Counted from the first letter of the whole stretch, positions 47,734-61,087 are shown. The stretch is DNA of 62,641 bases, filler included, from Basidiobolus ranarum (GCA_040143965.1; 25 parts of 25 records of this genome joined end to end with filler, not necessarily neighbours in it), one strand, 5' to 3'. Numbers and translations are program-made. The notes: generated by a model from the letters alone, not told the origin.

Positions 47734-49935
47734 CGTTGATTCCCCGTCTTAAAGTTTTGATGAAATCACCCAAATATAGATCATTGATCCAGTACCAAAG
47801 TACTCACCATAAAGCTGATGGTATTACCAATATACTTGTTGGATATCTCTACCAGAATCTGAAAAGTCAAGGTTTCTTTGAGAACACATATGCTTATGCA
47901 TTTGCATTGGCTCTGAATGGTTTCTCACTAAACAAATATACTGTTGGAAAGGCTTGCTGGCCAATAATTATAATCAACTTAAATTTTTCTCCTTCTGAAT
48001 GGTATAAAAGTCATAATATTCTGATACCATCAATCATATTTGGACCTATATCACCAGTGCTTATGGATAACTTCTTGGAGCCTTTGATTGCTGAATTTGA
48101 ATGATTATCTAATGGGGTTCAGATGGGTGAATATTTTATTAAAGCTAATATCATTTTATGTATTGGTGACACTCCTGCCATCAGTAAGCTTGGAGGTTTT
48201 TGTGGGCACAATGCACTAACTTGCTGTAGATTTTGCCAAATCAATGCAGTTTACTCCATCAGGCATATGCATTACTACTAACCAAATACAACACTAAGCT
48301 CCATGAATTTAGCAGCAAGAACCTGGTCAGATTTCAACATGAGCACTGATATCAATTCACCAAAGAGTCAGTTTAACATCAAACTTGGTATTAGCCATAA
48401 GCCTAAGATTATATTGCCAAGAGGGATCAGCTGGAGCCAGAGCTTCCCATTAGGCACTATGCACTTACTATTCAACAACATTCCAATACTGCTTATTCAG
48501 CTACATAGTCGAAAATTGAATATGAATGAGCAATTCGAGATAGGTTGAAAGCTTGAATCAATTGGGAAAATGCTAGAAAACATCAAAATACCATCTTATT
48601 TAACCAGGACTCCCTTCAATATCCACTCACTAGGCATTTATTCAAATGCAAGGACTGGAAGTATGGGATTTGTATATATTCCAGTGGAATCTTGAAAAGA
48701 TTTCTGCCTGACAAGTATTAGCAACATTGGGAGTTGCTTGTGGATATTGTTAAGATATTCTTACAGCTTTAACTCACTTTGGCAGATCTCAGCAAGGTAC
48801 AGCAGCTGTACAAAGATTTTGTAATTGGATATGAAAAACTTTATTACAGGTTTAAAGAAGATAGACTGAATCTATGCAGGTATTCAATACATTCTCTACT
48901 GCATCTTTCACAATGTTTAGAGATTATAGGCCCTTGCTATACATTCTGGGAGTCTCCAATGGAGCACACCTGTGGTGAAATGATGCTCCATGTGAAATTG
49001 TCAGTATTACCCTATGCTAATCTGATTAATAATGTATCAGCCAAATAAGTGATGGATGTAATGCAATGTGTCAAGGAGACTCCAGAGTATATTAACCTTG
49101 CAACAAAGGGCTCTTTACAGTGTGCTCATGGGTTTTTGCATTGTTTGAGCACAATAACAGCAACAAAGCCCAATCCGTGGACACAGAATGAGTACCTGTA
49201 TAATTCAAACTCATTTGTTTTAGTGATAGTTTGATGATATTTTTAGGAAAGCTGCAAGACAGACTTCTTGGTGAGATAGATCAAGATATGCAGTATTATT
49301 GTTTTAGCCATGAGGTAATCTATTACAGAAATGATACATCTACTTGTGACAGGATAATTGTTGACTGCCAGTTAGGGATATACTGGCTGAATTCTTTACA
49401 GAAATTTGCCAAAACACAAGAGCATATTCTCATTGGGAATAGTAACAGGAGTCAGCTATTTGACAAGTATCAGTGCTGTACAAATTTCAGATGTTTAGCA
49501 ATTTTTCCACTATTAGTTTACTGGTAAAGCATATTGATGTTGTTGAGTTATGTCTAATCAGTCAAGTATATGCATATGTAGACACTAAACACAACCAGAT
49601 TATTGTATTTTTTGATTCTTATTATGACTGGAATACAAAGCATTAATCAAGGCATTGATATTAAATTGAACTCCTACAGCAGTAAACCCAGTAATTTGCC
49701 ATTCAAAAATTAGATTTTTGCAAAAATTGCCGGATACTGAACAATGCATGCCAAATTTGAGCATCAATATTTTAACATGTATGAATATCATCAAAGTACC
49801 ATCAAGAAACTGCTGTCACACCATCAAAATTCTTGGCAGAATGCATGCAACCAATATTGTGATGGTTCTCTGGCAGTTTTCCTATTTTAGAGGCTGGATT
49901 AATTCTGGATCAAATTGATTCTATTCTTGTTAGGG
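47734..49935 (+). mobile_element. Best-preserved EnSpm/CACTA-like transposase copy through the right terminus; joined to ORF2 sequence of another copy (49936-50136)
   Basis: FALALNGFSL..ACWPIIIINLNFSP..GPISPVLMDNFLEPLIAEFE; GDTPAISKLGGFCGHNA..CCRFC; FWESPMEHTCG; ends TTGTTAGGG. Confidence 0.92.
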
Positions 49936-50237
49936 GAATGTTCTTCTTCTGGAGCCACTTTCTCCACATTTACACTACATTTTTCCCTTCATACTTTTGA
50001 AAATACTCCTCAAGCACTTTTACTATTTTCATATGTACTTGAAGTGTGACATTAAAGAGGGTACTTTGTAGTGTTTGTGGGGCTTTTTGCTTGCCTTTTA
50101 GTGTGGAGCTAATTTCAAAACTTTGAAAAGTACCAGNNNNNNNNNNNNNNNNNNNNNNNNNNNNNNNNNNNNNNNNNNNNTTAATTAATTAANNNNNNNN
50201 NNNNNNNNNNNNNNNNNNNNNNNNNNNNNNNNNNNNT

Positions 50238-51068
50238 GAATCTCGCCAAACCTCTGAGGCTGTTCACTCGAACAAGGTTGTTGAGACCAGTAACGCCCAT
50301 AAAGCAACCGAGACTGTCGAGTCTCACAAGGCTACTGTGCATCATAATACTACTCACAAGCCAACCGAAACTCACATTACCCACAAATCAATGGAAATCA
50401 CCGAGAGTCATGAACCAACCGAAGCCTCCAAGGCCTCTGATACCACTTCATCTCATGATATCCGCAAGCCAACCGACAAGCCAACTGAGACCGTCAAATA
50501 TCACGAAGCATCTAAGGCCCTGACTTCTCCCAATGTTTCTGCGACCCACGAATCTCTTAAACCCACTGTGATCCACAAGGATACCAAAGCATTCGAATCC
50601 TACACGGTCAGCGAGACGTCTGAAGCGACTGAAATCAGACATACTCCCACGGCCTCTGTAACAACTAAAGCTAGCAAGGAGTCTCATATCTTAGAAACTA
50701 TCAAATCTATGAAACCAGTCGTGTCTTCAGAAATCACTTCGACTACCAATGTCCACACTAGTGATGAATTCAAGTCTAGCAGTGCCACTACTCGTCCTAC
50801 CACTTACATTGCTCCACCCTCTTGCGTTCCTAACACTAACACAGTCACCATTACCACCACTGTGACGGTAACTCCGGTGGAGCCGATTATCACTCACTCT
50901 CCCAAACCCACTGAAGCCACCTGCTTCAATGGTACCTACAAATGTGCCGACCCTGGATATTCCCAGCTCTTCACAGTTTGTGTGAACGGTGTGCAACTGA
51001 AAAACAACTGCGCTGCTGGTACTGTATGCAAGAGTTTTGCAGGCTCCATCATCTGTGACTGGGCTTAA
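50238..51068 (+). CDS. Thr/Ser/His-rich mucin-like protein with a C-terminal CBM19-like (chitin-binding type) Cys module; 5'-truncated
   Basis: Frame is open from the contig start; ends CFNGTYKCADPGYSQLFTVCVNGVQLKNNCAAGTVCKSFAGSIICDWA (6 Cys). Confidence 0.8.
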   Translation, partial: ESRQTSEAVHSNKVVETSNAHKATETVESHKATVHHNTTHKPTETHITHKSMEITESHEPTEASKASDTTSSHDIRKPTDKPTETVKYHEASKALTSPNVSATHESLKPTVIHKDTKAFESYTVSETSEATEIRHTPTASVTTKASKESHILETIKSMKPVVSSEITSTTNVHTSDEFKSSSATTRPTTYIAPPSCVPNTNTVTITTTVTVTPVEPIITHSPKPTEATCFNGTYKCADPGYSQLFTVCVNGVQLKNNCAAGTVCKSFAGSIICDWA

Positions 51069-52357
51069 GTTGTCACCATGTGCAACCCTGAATCTATCTT
51101 CGTTCAAATAAGTCGTTAGAAACATAATTAATATAGAAATAAACGTGATCGCAGAGTGATGCGTGTTATTTATAACTGATCTTTTGCTGTATGAGGTATT
51201 TTAATTACTGATACAATTAGTTTAAAATATTCAAAAAAATCGCCAGTTTATCCAAGTATTTAAATAACAACCATTACAACTGCCGAACATAAAAAGTTGG
51301 TACTGCTATCTATAAACATTTCACGAATATGTATTCATATATTCTTCGGCTTTCCTTACGGTGAGTCAAGAAGGTATCTACAGAACATCAATTAGATACA
51401 CTGCTTAATTTTCTGTATTATCACCATATTCCATACCATACAAATGATATTTCAAATGGTGTTGATCATTGATGTAACTCATTTTCAAAGGTGAACGTAT
51501 TATTGCAATCCTGAGGATCAGTATATTTTTGATATATTTCTGACACCGCACTTACGAAGGGCAGAACAGTGCTTCACTTTTCTCAGAGCACAGTATGTTA
51601 TACTTGAGTTCAGATATCATTGAGGTACCATCAAAATCAAAATCCGGAAATTTCATGTTTTATAACTCGTGGTTCATACCTGCCCTTCACTTTTGTGTAC
51701 GTATTATAACAGTGGTAAAGTGGATTCTCCTAATACCTTCTCTATGAATTAGCTACTTTCATTCTCAACAAGTAGAATATGGTTTCATACCTACAGATAC
51801 TATTTGAATGAATAAAGAGTGACAAGAGTCAAATCCCGCCCGTAAAAACCTTGTATTCACAAACGTCGGCTATAATAATCTGAGTCGATTGAACCGTATT
51901 TTTCGGAGTTTGGCTCACTAGAGAAACCCATTTATAATAAGATATTCTACAATTCATTCAGGCCACGATTTATTCATTCCAGAATTAATAGTATACTTGA
52001 ACATTATGATCGTATTATAAATCTTATCTATCTAGTGCCCAATTAGGCCTTAGGCTACTGATTTGTAATGTCGCTTTATGCTATAACGCTAGTAATAAGT
52101 TTCGATCTATAAATATACCTCCAATCAAAATTCAGTTTGATCGGGCTAGTTGCTTGAAACAGTCTGTTACTATGTCGGTAGGGGAGCTTGTTTCAGCATG
52201 CAGTATTGCTTATTCGGTTTTATTGGGGAAAACTTTGAGTGTAACTGGTATTGGTAGTGGATATCATGTGAACACGTATACCTTTTAGTGACCACATATT
52301 CATAATCACGACCACTACAGCTATGTTTACATAGACTTCAGCTTTGATTTCATTTAT

Positions 52358-52639
52358 TTACACATCTATTGTCGTCACCTCATTAAGATTGGCATTCGAG
52401 GAGTGTGAAAAGCTTCGTTTTCCCGGGTCGGATAAGAACAAAACTCTATACAAGAATGTTGCTACGGCACTTCCCAAGAGAGGCGCTACCCAATATATCC
52501 AATGATGAGTCCACACATCGTGGGTGATCCCAGAGGCAGCCACGGCTGGTCCAAATGATCGAGCAGGATTCAGTGAACCTCCAGTATATGGCTTAGCAAG
52601 CATTACACAGGCGAGAACAATAAACCCAATGGGAAGTGG
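52358..52639 (-). CDS. Aquaporin (MIP family), 3' end only
   Basis: PLPIGFIV...YTGGSLNPARSFGPAV...HWIYWVAPLLG (second NPA box). Confidence 0.95.
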   Translation of the reverse strand, partial: PLPIGFIVLACVMLAKPYTGGSLNPARSFGPAVAASGITHDVWTHHWIYWVAPLLGSAVATFLYRVLFLSDPGKRSFSHSSNANLNEVTTIDV

Positions 52640-52739
52640 NNNNNNNNNNNNNNNNNNNNNNNNNNNNNNNNNNNNNNNNNNNNTTAATTAATTAANNNNN
52701 NNNNNNNNNNNNNNNNNNNNNNNNNNNNNNNNNNNNNNN

Positions 52740-55141
52740 CAACCCCAGGAATAAGCCATTCGAAAATTATATTTTTGCAAAAATTGCTGGATATTGAATA
52801 ACGCATGCCAAATTTGAGGATCAATATTTTAACATGTATGAATACTGCCAAGATACCATCAAGAAACCACCGTCACACCATCAAAATCCCTGGCAGAATG
52901 CAAGCCAACAATATTGTGACGGTTCTCTGATGGTTTTGCTATTTTGGAGGGTGGATCCGATCCGGATCAAATCAATTTTATTTTTATTAGGGTGATGGTG
53001 CATCCTAACCTATCAAAAATGAATTTCAGCCCTTGTGAAGTGGCCTTGCATACAGATATTAAATTCTTGGTAATATCTGGAACATGCGGCACATTGTTAA
53101 ACATATACACTTTCTCTTCAGAAGCTCCAGTTAAATTGACTTGCATAGTTCTAATTCCAATAGCATCCAATGTGTGGTCATCTGCCATGAAAATCTTTTT
53201 AATTGGGATTTCTTGATAATCCCCAAACCAAGCTTTTCCATATGTGAAATGTTGGGAGGCTCCAGAATCAATATACCATGTCCAAGTATCCCTGTTGATA
53301 GTCATAGATAAAGCAGTTATGAACAAGTGATTGTGTGTTGTAACCACATTTCAAGATTTATTACACCTTTCTTCTTTTGCAATTCTTTTAAAGCACTCTG
53401 CTTAAATGGCCAGTTCTTTCACAGTAATAACAGAATATGTTATTTTTCTTCTTAAAGTGCTTTTGAACTTCATAAGAAGGTTTTCCATGGCCTATTAAAG
53501 AACTTTCTTCATTATTTTAGTTTGATCCCAATTTGCATAAATCTTCATCCAGAAGTCTGCCAAATAAATCATTTTGTTTAATTTAGCATTGTCTAAACAC
53601 CTATGTATTCACAGTTAGCTTGGTACTTAGTTAACTTATATTTCACTAAGATATTATCCATTATTCCTAATTGGAATTTACTAAGCATACTTTTACCAAC
53701 TTAGAAGTACTCAGATATATAGATTTTGCAAAATTATGCTAGAAGCCCCAAACTTTGCACACATGTTCCAGGGACCTTCCTTAACACATTCTGCATGTCA
53801 GTTTGTGTATGCTGAAATTAATATTGCCTAAGCTCCTATATAGTCATATATAGATTAATACTTAGTTATGTTATAATTCACTAAGATATTCTCCATTATT
53901 CTCAATTGGAATTAATTTAGAAGTTCTCAGATACATAGATTTTTCAAGGAGACCCCAAACTTTGCACACATGTCCCTGGAACCTTCCTTAACACATTCTA
54001 CATGTTAGTTTGTTTACATCTTGACAAAACTATAAATGTCAACGGAATACTCAATAAATCAATAAGTGATAACCACCAATTCCTCTCATTCTCCAGACCA
54101 CTTCTAACAAGCTCCTAAATACTTTAACAAATCTAAGGTCAAATTTTCAATTCTTGATTCTAGAGCCATCACCAGGCTGTGAAACAGGTGTGGCAGGCTA
54201 TTGGGGACTGTAACTCTGATATCTTGATCAGCGGTAGGTACTCCAATGCATTCCATTGCATCCACTAAAATAGTGACTCCGTTAATCAGCAATTGAATGT
54301 CTTCTCCTGGCTTCATCTTTAAGTTGAAGAATTGTCTTAGAAACATCTTGTTGGCAGCAGAACTTGTTTGGTAGGTGTCTTCCAAGGCTTTCCATACTTT
54401 CTTGGCAGTTTTAGCTCTTGAACATTGAATTAGCTACTTGTCCTTAACATTATCCTAACAAAAATAATAATTGTTTTGATCCGCATCAGATCCATCCTCC
54501 AAAAGAGCAAAACCATCAGAGAACCATCACAATATTGGTGGCTTGCATTCTGCCAGGGATTTTGATGGTGTGATGGTTTTGTCTTGATGGTATTTTGATG
54601 GTATTCATGCATGTTAAAATATTGATCCTCTAATTTGGAATGCATTATTCAATATCCAGCAATTTTTGCAAAAATTTAATTTTCGAATGGCAAATTACTT
54701 GGTTTACAGCTATAGGAATTGAAATTTATATGCATGCCTTTATTTAGATGTTTTAGGCTTTGTATACCAGCCATAATGAGAATCAAAAAATACAAGAATC
54801 TTGTTGTGTTTAGTCTCTACATATGCACATACTTGACTCATTAGACATATCTCAACAACATCAATATTCTTTACCAGCAAACTAATGGTGGAAAAATTGC
54901 TAAACATCTTAAATTTTGAATAGTACAAACACTTAGCAAATAGCTGACTCTTGATACCATTCACAATGAGAATAAGCTCTTGGATTTTGGCAAATTTCTG
55001 TAAAGAATTCTGCCAATTTATCCCCAACATGCTGTCAACAAATATTGTGCCACAAGTAGATGTGTCATTGCTGGAATAGATTACCTCATGGCTAAAACAA
55101 TAATACTGTGTATCTTGATCTATCTCACCTAGTCTTGCAGC
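52740..55141. mobile_element. Nested mosaic: CACTA right end (+, to ~52992), Copia-1 protease/gag (minus, ~52993-53570 and 54130-54450), LTR-A copies (53575-53809, 53810-54129), CACTA right end (minus, 54453-55141)
   Basis: TTATTAGGG and TCCTAACAAAAAT termini; WYIDSGASQH; LTR ends TTTAACA. Confidence 0.88.
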
Positions 55142-55241
55142 NNNNNNNNNNNNNNNNNNNNNNNNNNNNNNNNNNNNNNNNNNNNTTAATTAATTAANNN
55201 NNNNNNNNNNNNNNNNNNNNNNNNNNNNNNNNNNNNNNNNN

Positions 55242-56915
55242 GTCTTGTGGTCTACACCCAAGTACTCTCCTGCCTTCTAGCCTCTTGTCATTGTTCCCAG
55301 TCCTTGTCCAGTTCCTTATTGAGACAATTATGGGAAAAAGCAATGTGTGATGAGTTTTCTTCACTTCAGGACAACAAGGTAGATACCTATTTTGAATCAC
55401 AGGAGTTCCAAAAATGTGCAGCAGATCCCAGTATTAGCTTCAAAACTGTTGAAAATAGGTAAATAGCAACTCATTATTTAGTGGTTTATTTATTCATATT
55501 TTGATTATTTAGCACTCAATTCTACCATTTATAAACATGTGTTTACTTCTCTAACTTATAGTAACATCTACTAAATTACCTATACCAATTTTCACTATGT
55601 CCCAAAACATCTCTAAATCATCTCAAGTTTTAATATGTGCTTAACAGGCACATTTGTTATGATCTAAGAATATCCTATAGTCCTATTTCCTGGCAAACTG
55701 TAAATGGGACATAATCAATTCATTGATACTTAGGCATCTAATTCATAAATGATCCAGAATTCCTTAATCAGACAAAAAACAGCTTATCAATCCAATTGCA
55801 GATGATGGATCTGAGTGAATTAAGTAATTTGCTTTGGGTCCAAACCAAGCGAGATAAACACAATAGAAAAAACTTGCTGTATCCATCCAGATACATCCTA
55901 GACCAACATATATACTTTAACATGGAGAACAGCAAGCCTTATCCACACTCATGGATCCCATTGTGAAACTAATTAAATGTCATCTGATATAGCCCAAAAT
56001 GGCTCAAATCACAGTCAGGAGTTCCAGTGTCAATGAATGGTGGGTAGTTTAATGTATACAATGATTGGAACATGCCCAGACATTGCTGTGATAGTAGGAA
56101 CTGTCAGTAAATATCTCATAGCTCCATGATCTGTGCATAGAATTACAGTAAAACAAATATTCTGGTGTTTGACAGGAACTGTTAATCTAGCTCTAGGCTA
56201 CTCTGGCTCTCCCAATGCTAAAATCTTTGAAGGCTACAATGATGCAGACTGGCAAAGAGATCTTGCTGATAGATGATTAACACTGGGGTATTCTTTTCTC
56301 TAAGGTAATGCAGCCATAACTTAGAATAGTAAAAAGCAACCAGCTGTGGCACTTTCCACTATAGAAGCAGAGATTTTCAGATATTTGAAAAATACTGTGG
56401 ATCTATGCATAAAATACACATATTCTGGATCAAATTTTGATCAGATGGGATATTCAGATGCAAATTGGGGAAGAGATATTGAAGACAGGAGATCTATAAC
56501 AGGATCCTGATTTCTTTACTGTAATGGAGCTATTTCTTGGAATTCAAAGAAACAACCTACCATAGCACTTTCAACAACTGATGCTGAGTACATGGCTGCC
56601 TGTGAAGCAACAAAAGAAGCAATATGATTAAGAAAACTCTTAACAGATTTGGGTTATTCTCAAAATTCACCAACTATAATATTTCAAGATAATCAAAGTT
56701 ATATCAAACTAGCTAAAAATCCCACATTTCATAATAGAAGCAAACACACAGATATTAAGCATCACTTCATTAGAGAGACTATAAAGAATAAATGTATTGA
56801 CTTAACTTATTGTTCTACACAAGACATGATTGCTGATATATTAACCAAACCATTAGCTAGGAAGAAATTTGAGAAATTTAGACCTTTATTAGGATTAGTT
56901 AATATGACTATTTAG
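55242..56915 (+). mobile_element. LTR-B end (to 55326), Copia-2-like RT fragments with LTR-D (55447-~55750), and Copia-1 RT/RNase H (~56370-56915)
   Basis: LWEKAMCDEFSSL; GYNDADW.RD; GYSDANWGRDIEDRRS; DNQS.IKLAKNPTFHNRSKH. Confidence 0.85.
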
Positions 56916-56917
56916 TT

Positions 56918-57642
56918 GAGAGAGAGTGTTGAAATTAACATTGCCTAAACACCTATATAGTCATATATAGCTTGGTACTTAGTTATCTTGTAATTCACTA
57001 AGATATTATCAATTATTCTCAATTGGAATTTACTTTGAATATTTTTGCCAACTTAGAAGTTCTCAAATATATAGATTTTTTCAAACTTGTGCTAGAAGCC
57101 CCAAACTTTGCACACATGTTCCTGGGACCTTCCTTAACATATTCTACATGTTAGTTTGCTTACATCATAACAAAACTACAAATGTCAACTTTCTCCTCAA
57201 TAAATCAATAGGTGAAAACCACCAATTGCTCTAATTCTCCAAACCACTTCCAACAGGCTCCCAAATACTTTAACAGGTTATGGGCCCCAAGCTTGCACTC
57301 TCTGTAATGTCCACTTCTCAAATTTATGGAACTTTTCCTTCTTCTGAAAAATTGGATGGAACCAATTATCAAGTTTGAAAAATTAAAATGAAAATGCTGC
57401 TGCAAGAAAAAGGACTTTGGGACACTGTTGTAGGAGAAGAAAACAATGCAAAACTATCTGAAACCAAAGTTTTACTCCAGGTTAAAAAAGAACAAAGTGC
57501 CTTTAACACAATTTGTCTTAATGTTAAAGACAAATTGCTAATTCAATGTTCAAGAGCTAAAACTGCCAAGAAGGTATGGAAAGCCTTGGAAGACACCTAC
57601 CAAACAAGTTCTGCTGCCAACAAGATGTTTCTAAGAAGACAA
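56918..57642 (+). mobile_element. Copia-1 PPT (56918-56926), complete LTR-A (56927-57275, 349 bp), PBS (57276-57287) and gag (ATG 57307, one premature TGA)
   Basis: GAGAGAGAG-TGTTGAA...TTTAACA-GGTTATGGGCCC, then MSTSQIYGTFPSSEKLDGTNY, matching gag at 42102. Confidence 0.95.
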
Positions 57643-57742
57643 NNNNNNNNNNNNNNNNNNNNNNNNNNNNNNNNNNNNNNNNNNNNTTAATTAATTAANN
57701 NNNNNNNNNNNNNNNNNNNNNNNNNNNNNNNNNNNNNNNNNN

Positions 57743-60142
57743 GCTGATCCATCAAGCCAGCAACCCCTGTACCGAGTACAAGCCCTCTTGCTCCCCCTTT
57801 TTCATTAGTGGGAGTGGATTCACCTAGAGAAGTATACGAACTAGGGTTATTCTGGTAGGAGTTTGGATTCAGAATGTTGCCAGATGGATATAAATCTGCG
57901 CCGTAGGGAGAATGTTGTTTCTTTTCTCCGATGGCGGAATTAGAGTGACCAGGAGTGTTTCGATTTCCAGAGGAGTCAGATATAGATTGGACAGTGCTGT
58001 CATGAGAAGTTAGCGCTGATCCTGCTAAACCTGACCCTAGTGCAGATCCGCCGATTATTGCAGCTGATTGCTTAGTCCCCTTCCCAGGCGTTTGATATGA
58101 AGCATCAAAATCTTGCTTGGCACTAGATCCAGGTGTGCTACTTTCGTAATTGTAACCTTGAACCAAGTACGCTGAGGGGTCATTATTAGCCACATTACCT
58201 ACAGATCCTTTACCAAGCGTAGGATGTGATGTACCACCAATATGGGGTTGGGTTGAATCGTATGCTTCAGTCCCTGGAGAATTATTACCCTCCTGGGTGC
58301 TGGTGCGTTTCTCAGAATGACCGATTGCATTCTCTCCAAGTGGATTAGTGCCTTCGCTATCTATACGGTCTTCAGAAGTATCAACAAAGCGACGTGAGGA
58401 ATCTTTGATATTATTCTCATCCGAGAAAGTGTTATTATTACGGTTCTTATCCGTCCTGTTGGACACCATTGCTGCTCCCGCAGCCAATGCAGCGGCAGCT
58501 GCTACACCAGCACCCGCGACACCTTTGTGACTGGTTGAATGGTCAGATTTACTTTCATTTAAAGATGTATTTCTATCGTATTCCTCGTTATTCGGATTGC
58601 TTGTAAAATCTGAATCACCTACGGGCAGTTGTGAGTACTGTTGATAATTAGAGTTGCCTTGATCAGTTTGAGAATGGATTCGATTCTCACTAGATGATCC
58701 AATATGGTCATAGCTAGCAGTATCAAGGCTGGAACCGAAAGTGTCACCTCTCCCTCCGGCCATGGTGGATGCATAATTGGTTCCCTGCAAATCACTAGAG
58801 CCTGCAAATTCGCTTGATTTGGTGTTTAGATTAGAAATACCATAATTCCCTTGGGATTGAGGTACTCCAGAACCAAGTGCAGAGCCATCTGTAGTGGTCG
58901 TGTGTGTACCTTGTGGATCGGAACTGATCCTGTTGACATAATCGGAGGTCTCATCATGAGCTGATCGATGGCCTAGTGCTGTAGCCACACCAGCGCCAAT
59001 TGCAGCTCCGCCGGCTCCCGCACCTAAGGGGGCATTTGAGCGATGTTGATTGCCGATCCGACCCTCGTTACTTCCGTAGTCCGAATCTCTTCCAGTGAGT
59101 TCATCGAACTTTTGACGTATCGGATTGGTACGACTGTGAGACTCATCACGGTAGTTGGAGTTTTCATCACTACGATTATACCCCGTGCCTCGGGTGTAGT
59201 CATTATCGTTGGTAACCCCAGTCGATTGGTTGTATCGTTCTTGGTTGTTATCGTTACTAGTGTACTGACCAGAGGCGTATGAAGACGTATCATATTGTTG
59301 ATATCCAGTGTTATCTTCATTTCGGCCTGACCGATTGCCCAATGCTGCTATTCCAGATCCAATGGCAACACCACCTGCGCCAGCACCAGCGGCCAAGGGA
59401 ATCTTTGAGCGCTGTTGATTGCTATCATAATCTTGCTCATTCCCATTATTAGAGTCTTTTCCCGTGAGTTCATTAAACTTTTGGCGTATTGGGTTGGTGC
59501 TACTAGTAGATTCATTACGAGTGTATGAATCATCAGGGTAGTTGCCAGCTCTAATGCCAGTAGTGGAGTACTCATCACTGCCATCTCGGATATCAACATC
59601 AGTATTGCGGTTATATCCGTCACTGCGTGTGTATTGATCGTCGTTTTGGGCTCCGCCTGTCTGACGGTAGTGGTCATCATTATCCAGTGAGCTCGTATTG
59701 TCCTTAGATGTGTGAGTAGTAGCATACTCATCATCATTGCGACTTGATTTATGACCTAAGACGGTTGCACCGACTCCCACAGCTGCAGCTAATATGCCTG
59801 CTCCAACAACTAATGGAGCTTTTGAATGTTGATTGCCATCAGTATTATCTTCTGTGTTACTATTGGTAGTTTTACCAGTAATGTTTTCGAATGTTTGTCT
59901 CAGCGATGACGAATTTTGGGCATTATGATGATTAGAATCTGCACTGTCATGGCTATAATCAGACTGGCCGCCGGAACGTGAAAAGTTATTATTGTCATCG
60001 AGTGGTGGAGAGTACTGTTGATGACTAGAGTTGCCTCGATCAGTTTGAGAATGGATTCGATTCTCACCAGGTGATCCAATATGGTCATAGCTAGCAGTAT
60101 CAAGGCTGGAACCGAAAGTGTCACCTCTCCCTCCGGCCATGG
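57743..60142 (-). CDS. Internal part (800 codons) of a large repetitive hydrophilic S/N/D/G-rich protein with periodic Gly/Ala hydrophobic segments
   Basis: Open frame across the whole contig; internal repeats MAGGRGDTFGSSLDTASYDHIGS (x2) and NPIRQKF.ELTG.DS-like (x3). Confidence 0.85.
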
Positions 60143-61087
60143 NNNNNNNNNNNNNNNNNNNNNNNNNNNNNNNNNNNNNNNNNNNNTTAATTAATTAANN
60201 NNNNNNNNNNNNNNNNNNNNNNNNNNNNNNNNNNNNNNNNNNGATAATCGTTGGAGGGAATATCCGGGTTTGCTATATGAAATTCGATGCCACCTCTAAG
60301 TATCTCCCTCCCCTCATTGGGCTCTGAGTTTAACAAATCCGTACTGGCTTAGAACTAACACCGCCGGATTAGTTCTGGATAATTGCTGTGCATTTCATAA
60401 GTACTTCTAGAGAGCGTAAGTTGGTACGAGAGTGCTATAAATAAACCAACTAGCTGGCCTCTATATGCATGCACTTAAATTGCTCTTGACCTCTCCGATA
60501 GACAGACATAATCTACGAAATCCATATGCACGTACGTTATGTAGCACAAAGTAGTGAGTCAGACGAGTACCAATTAAGCCGGACTCTAACTCTAAGTGGA
60601 GGTCAAGTGGTCGAGTAAGGCGGTACAGATCCTGATCGTCTAGAGCATGTTGAAATACATTCACATTATGCTAATATATTAATCGAGGAAGGTGTCTGCC
60701 ATATAGATTTTTATTGTTGAAAACAAATCATGGCACATCGGTAGTGTTAGAAGTAAATATACTAGTAAGAATATTAGTGATTTAGTAAATAGCTATGGCT
60801 GGGTTGTTGTACAGACTCCCTCATCCTCATCATAATCGCTCATTTGTATGTAATGCCTATAAAGGGCCACATAACCTAATTAAATTAAACAGAACAAGCG
60901 AATGAGTCGGGAGCAGTCGATCAAAAATATTTGCCTAGAGTAAGGCCATAAACTGTCTAAAATAACTACATGCAGAGTTCAACATTCAGAATGGAGGGCG
61001 AGTGTGCACACAGCATGCCATGGGTTGCTTTTGTAAATTCCTGTCAGTGCTCTCTCAAGTCTAGGCTCCAGGGTCTTCTAGAATACA

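Noticed and set aside
53560-54140. Target-site duplication around the LTR-A insertion in gag
   Set aside because: The flanks (CATTT and AATCT) do not match, and two LTRs are nested, so no TSD can be called.
56620-57385. Frequent TGG to TGA/TAG stops as evidence of RIP or APOBEC-like editing
   Set aside because: Trp codons become stops by any single G-to-A transition, and many cases are TGA, which is not the CpA RIP context; unsupported without a substitution spectrum.
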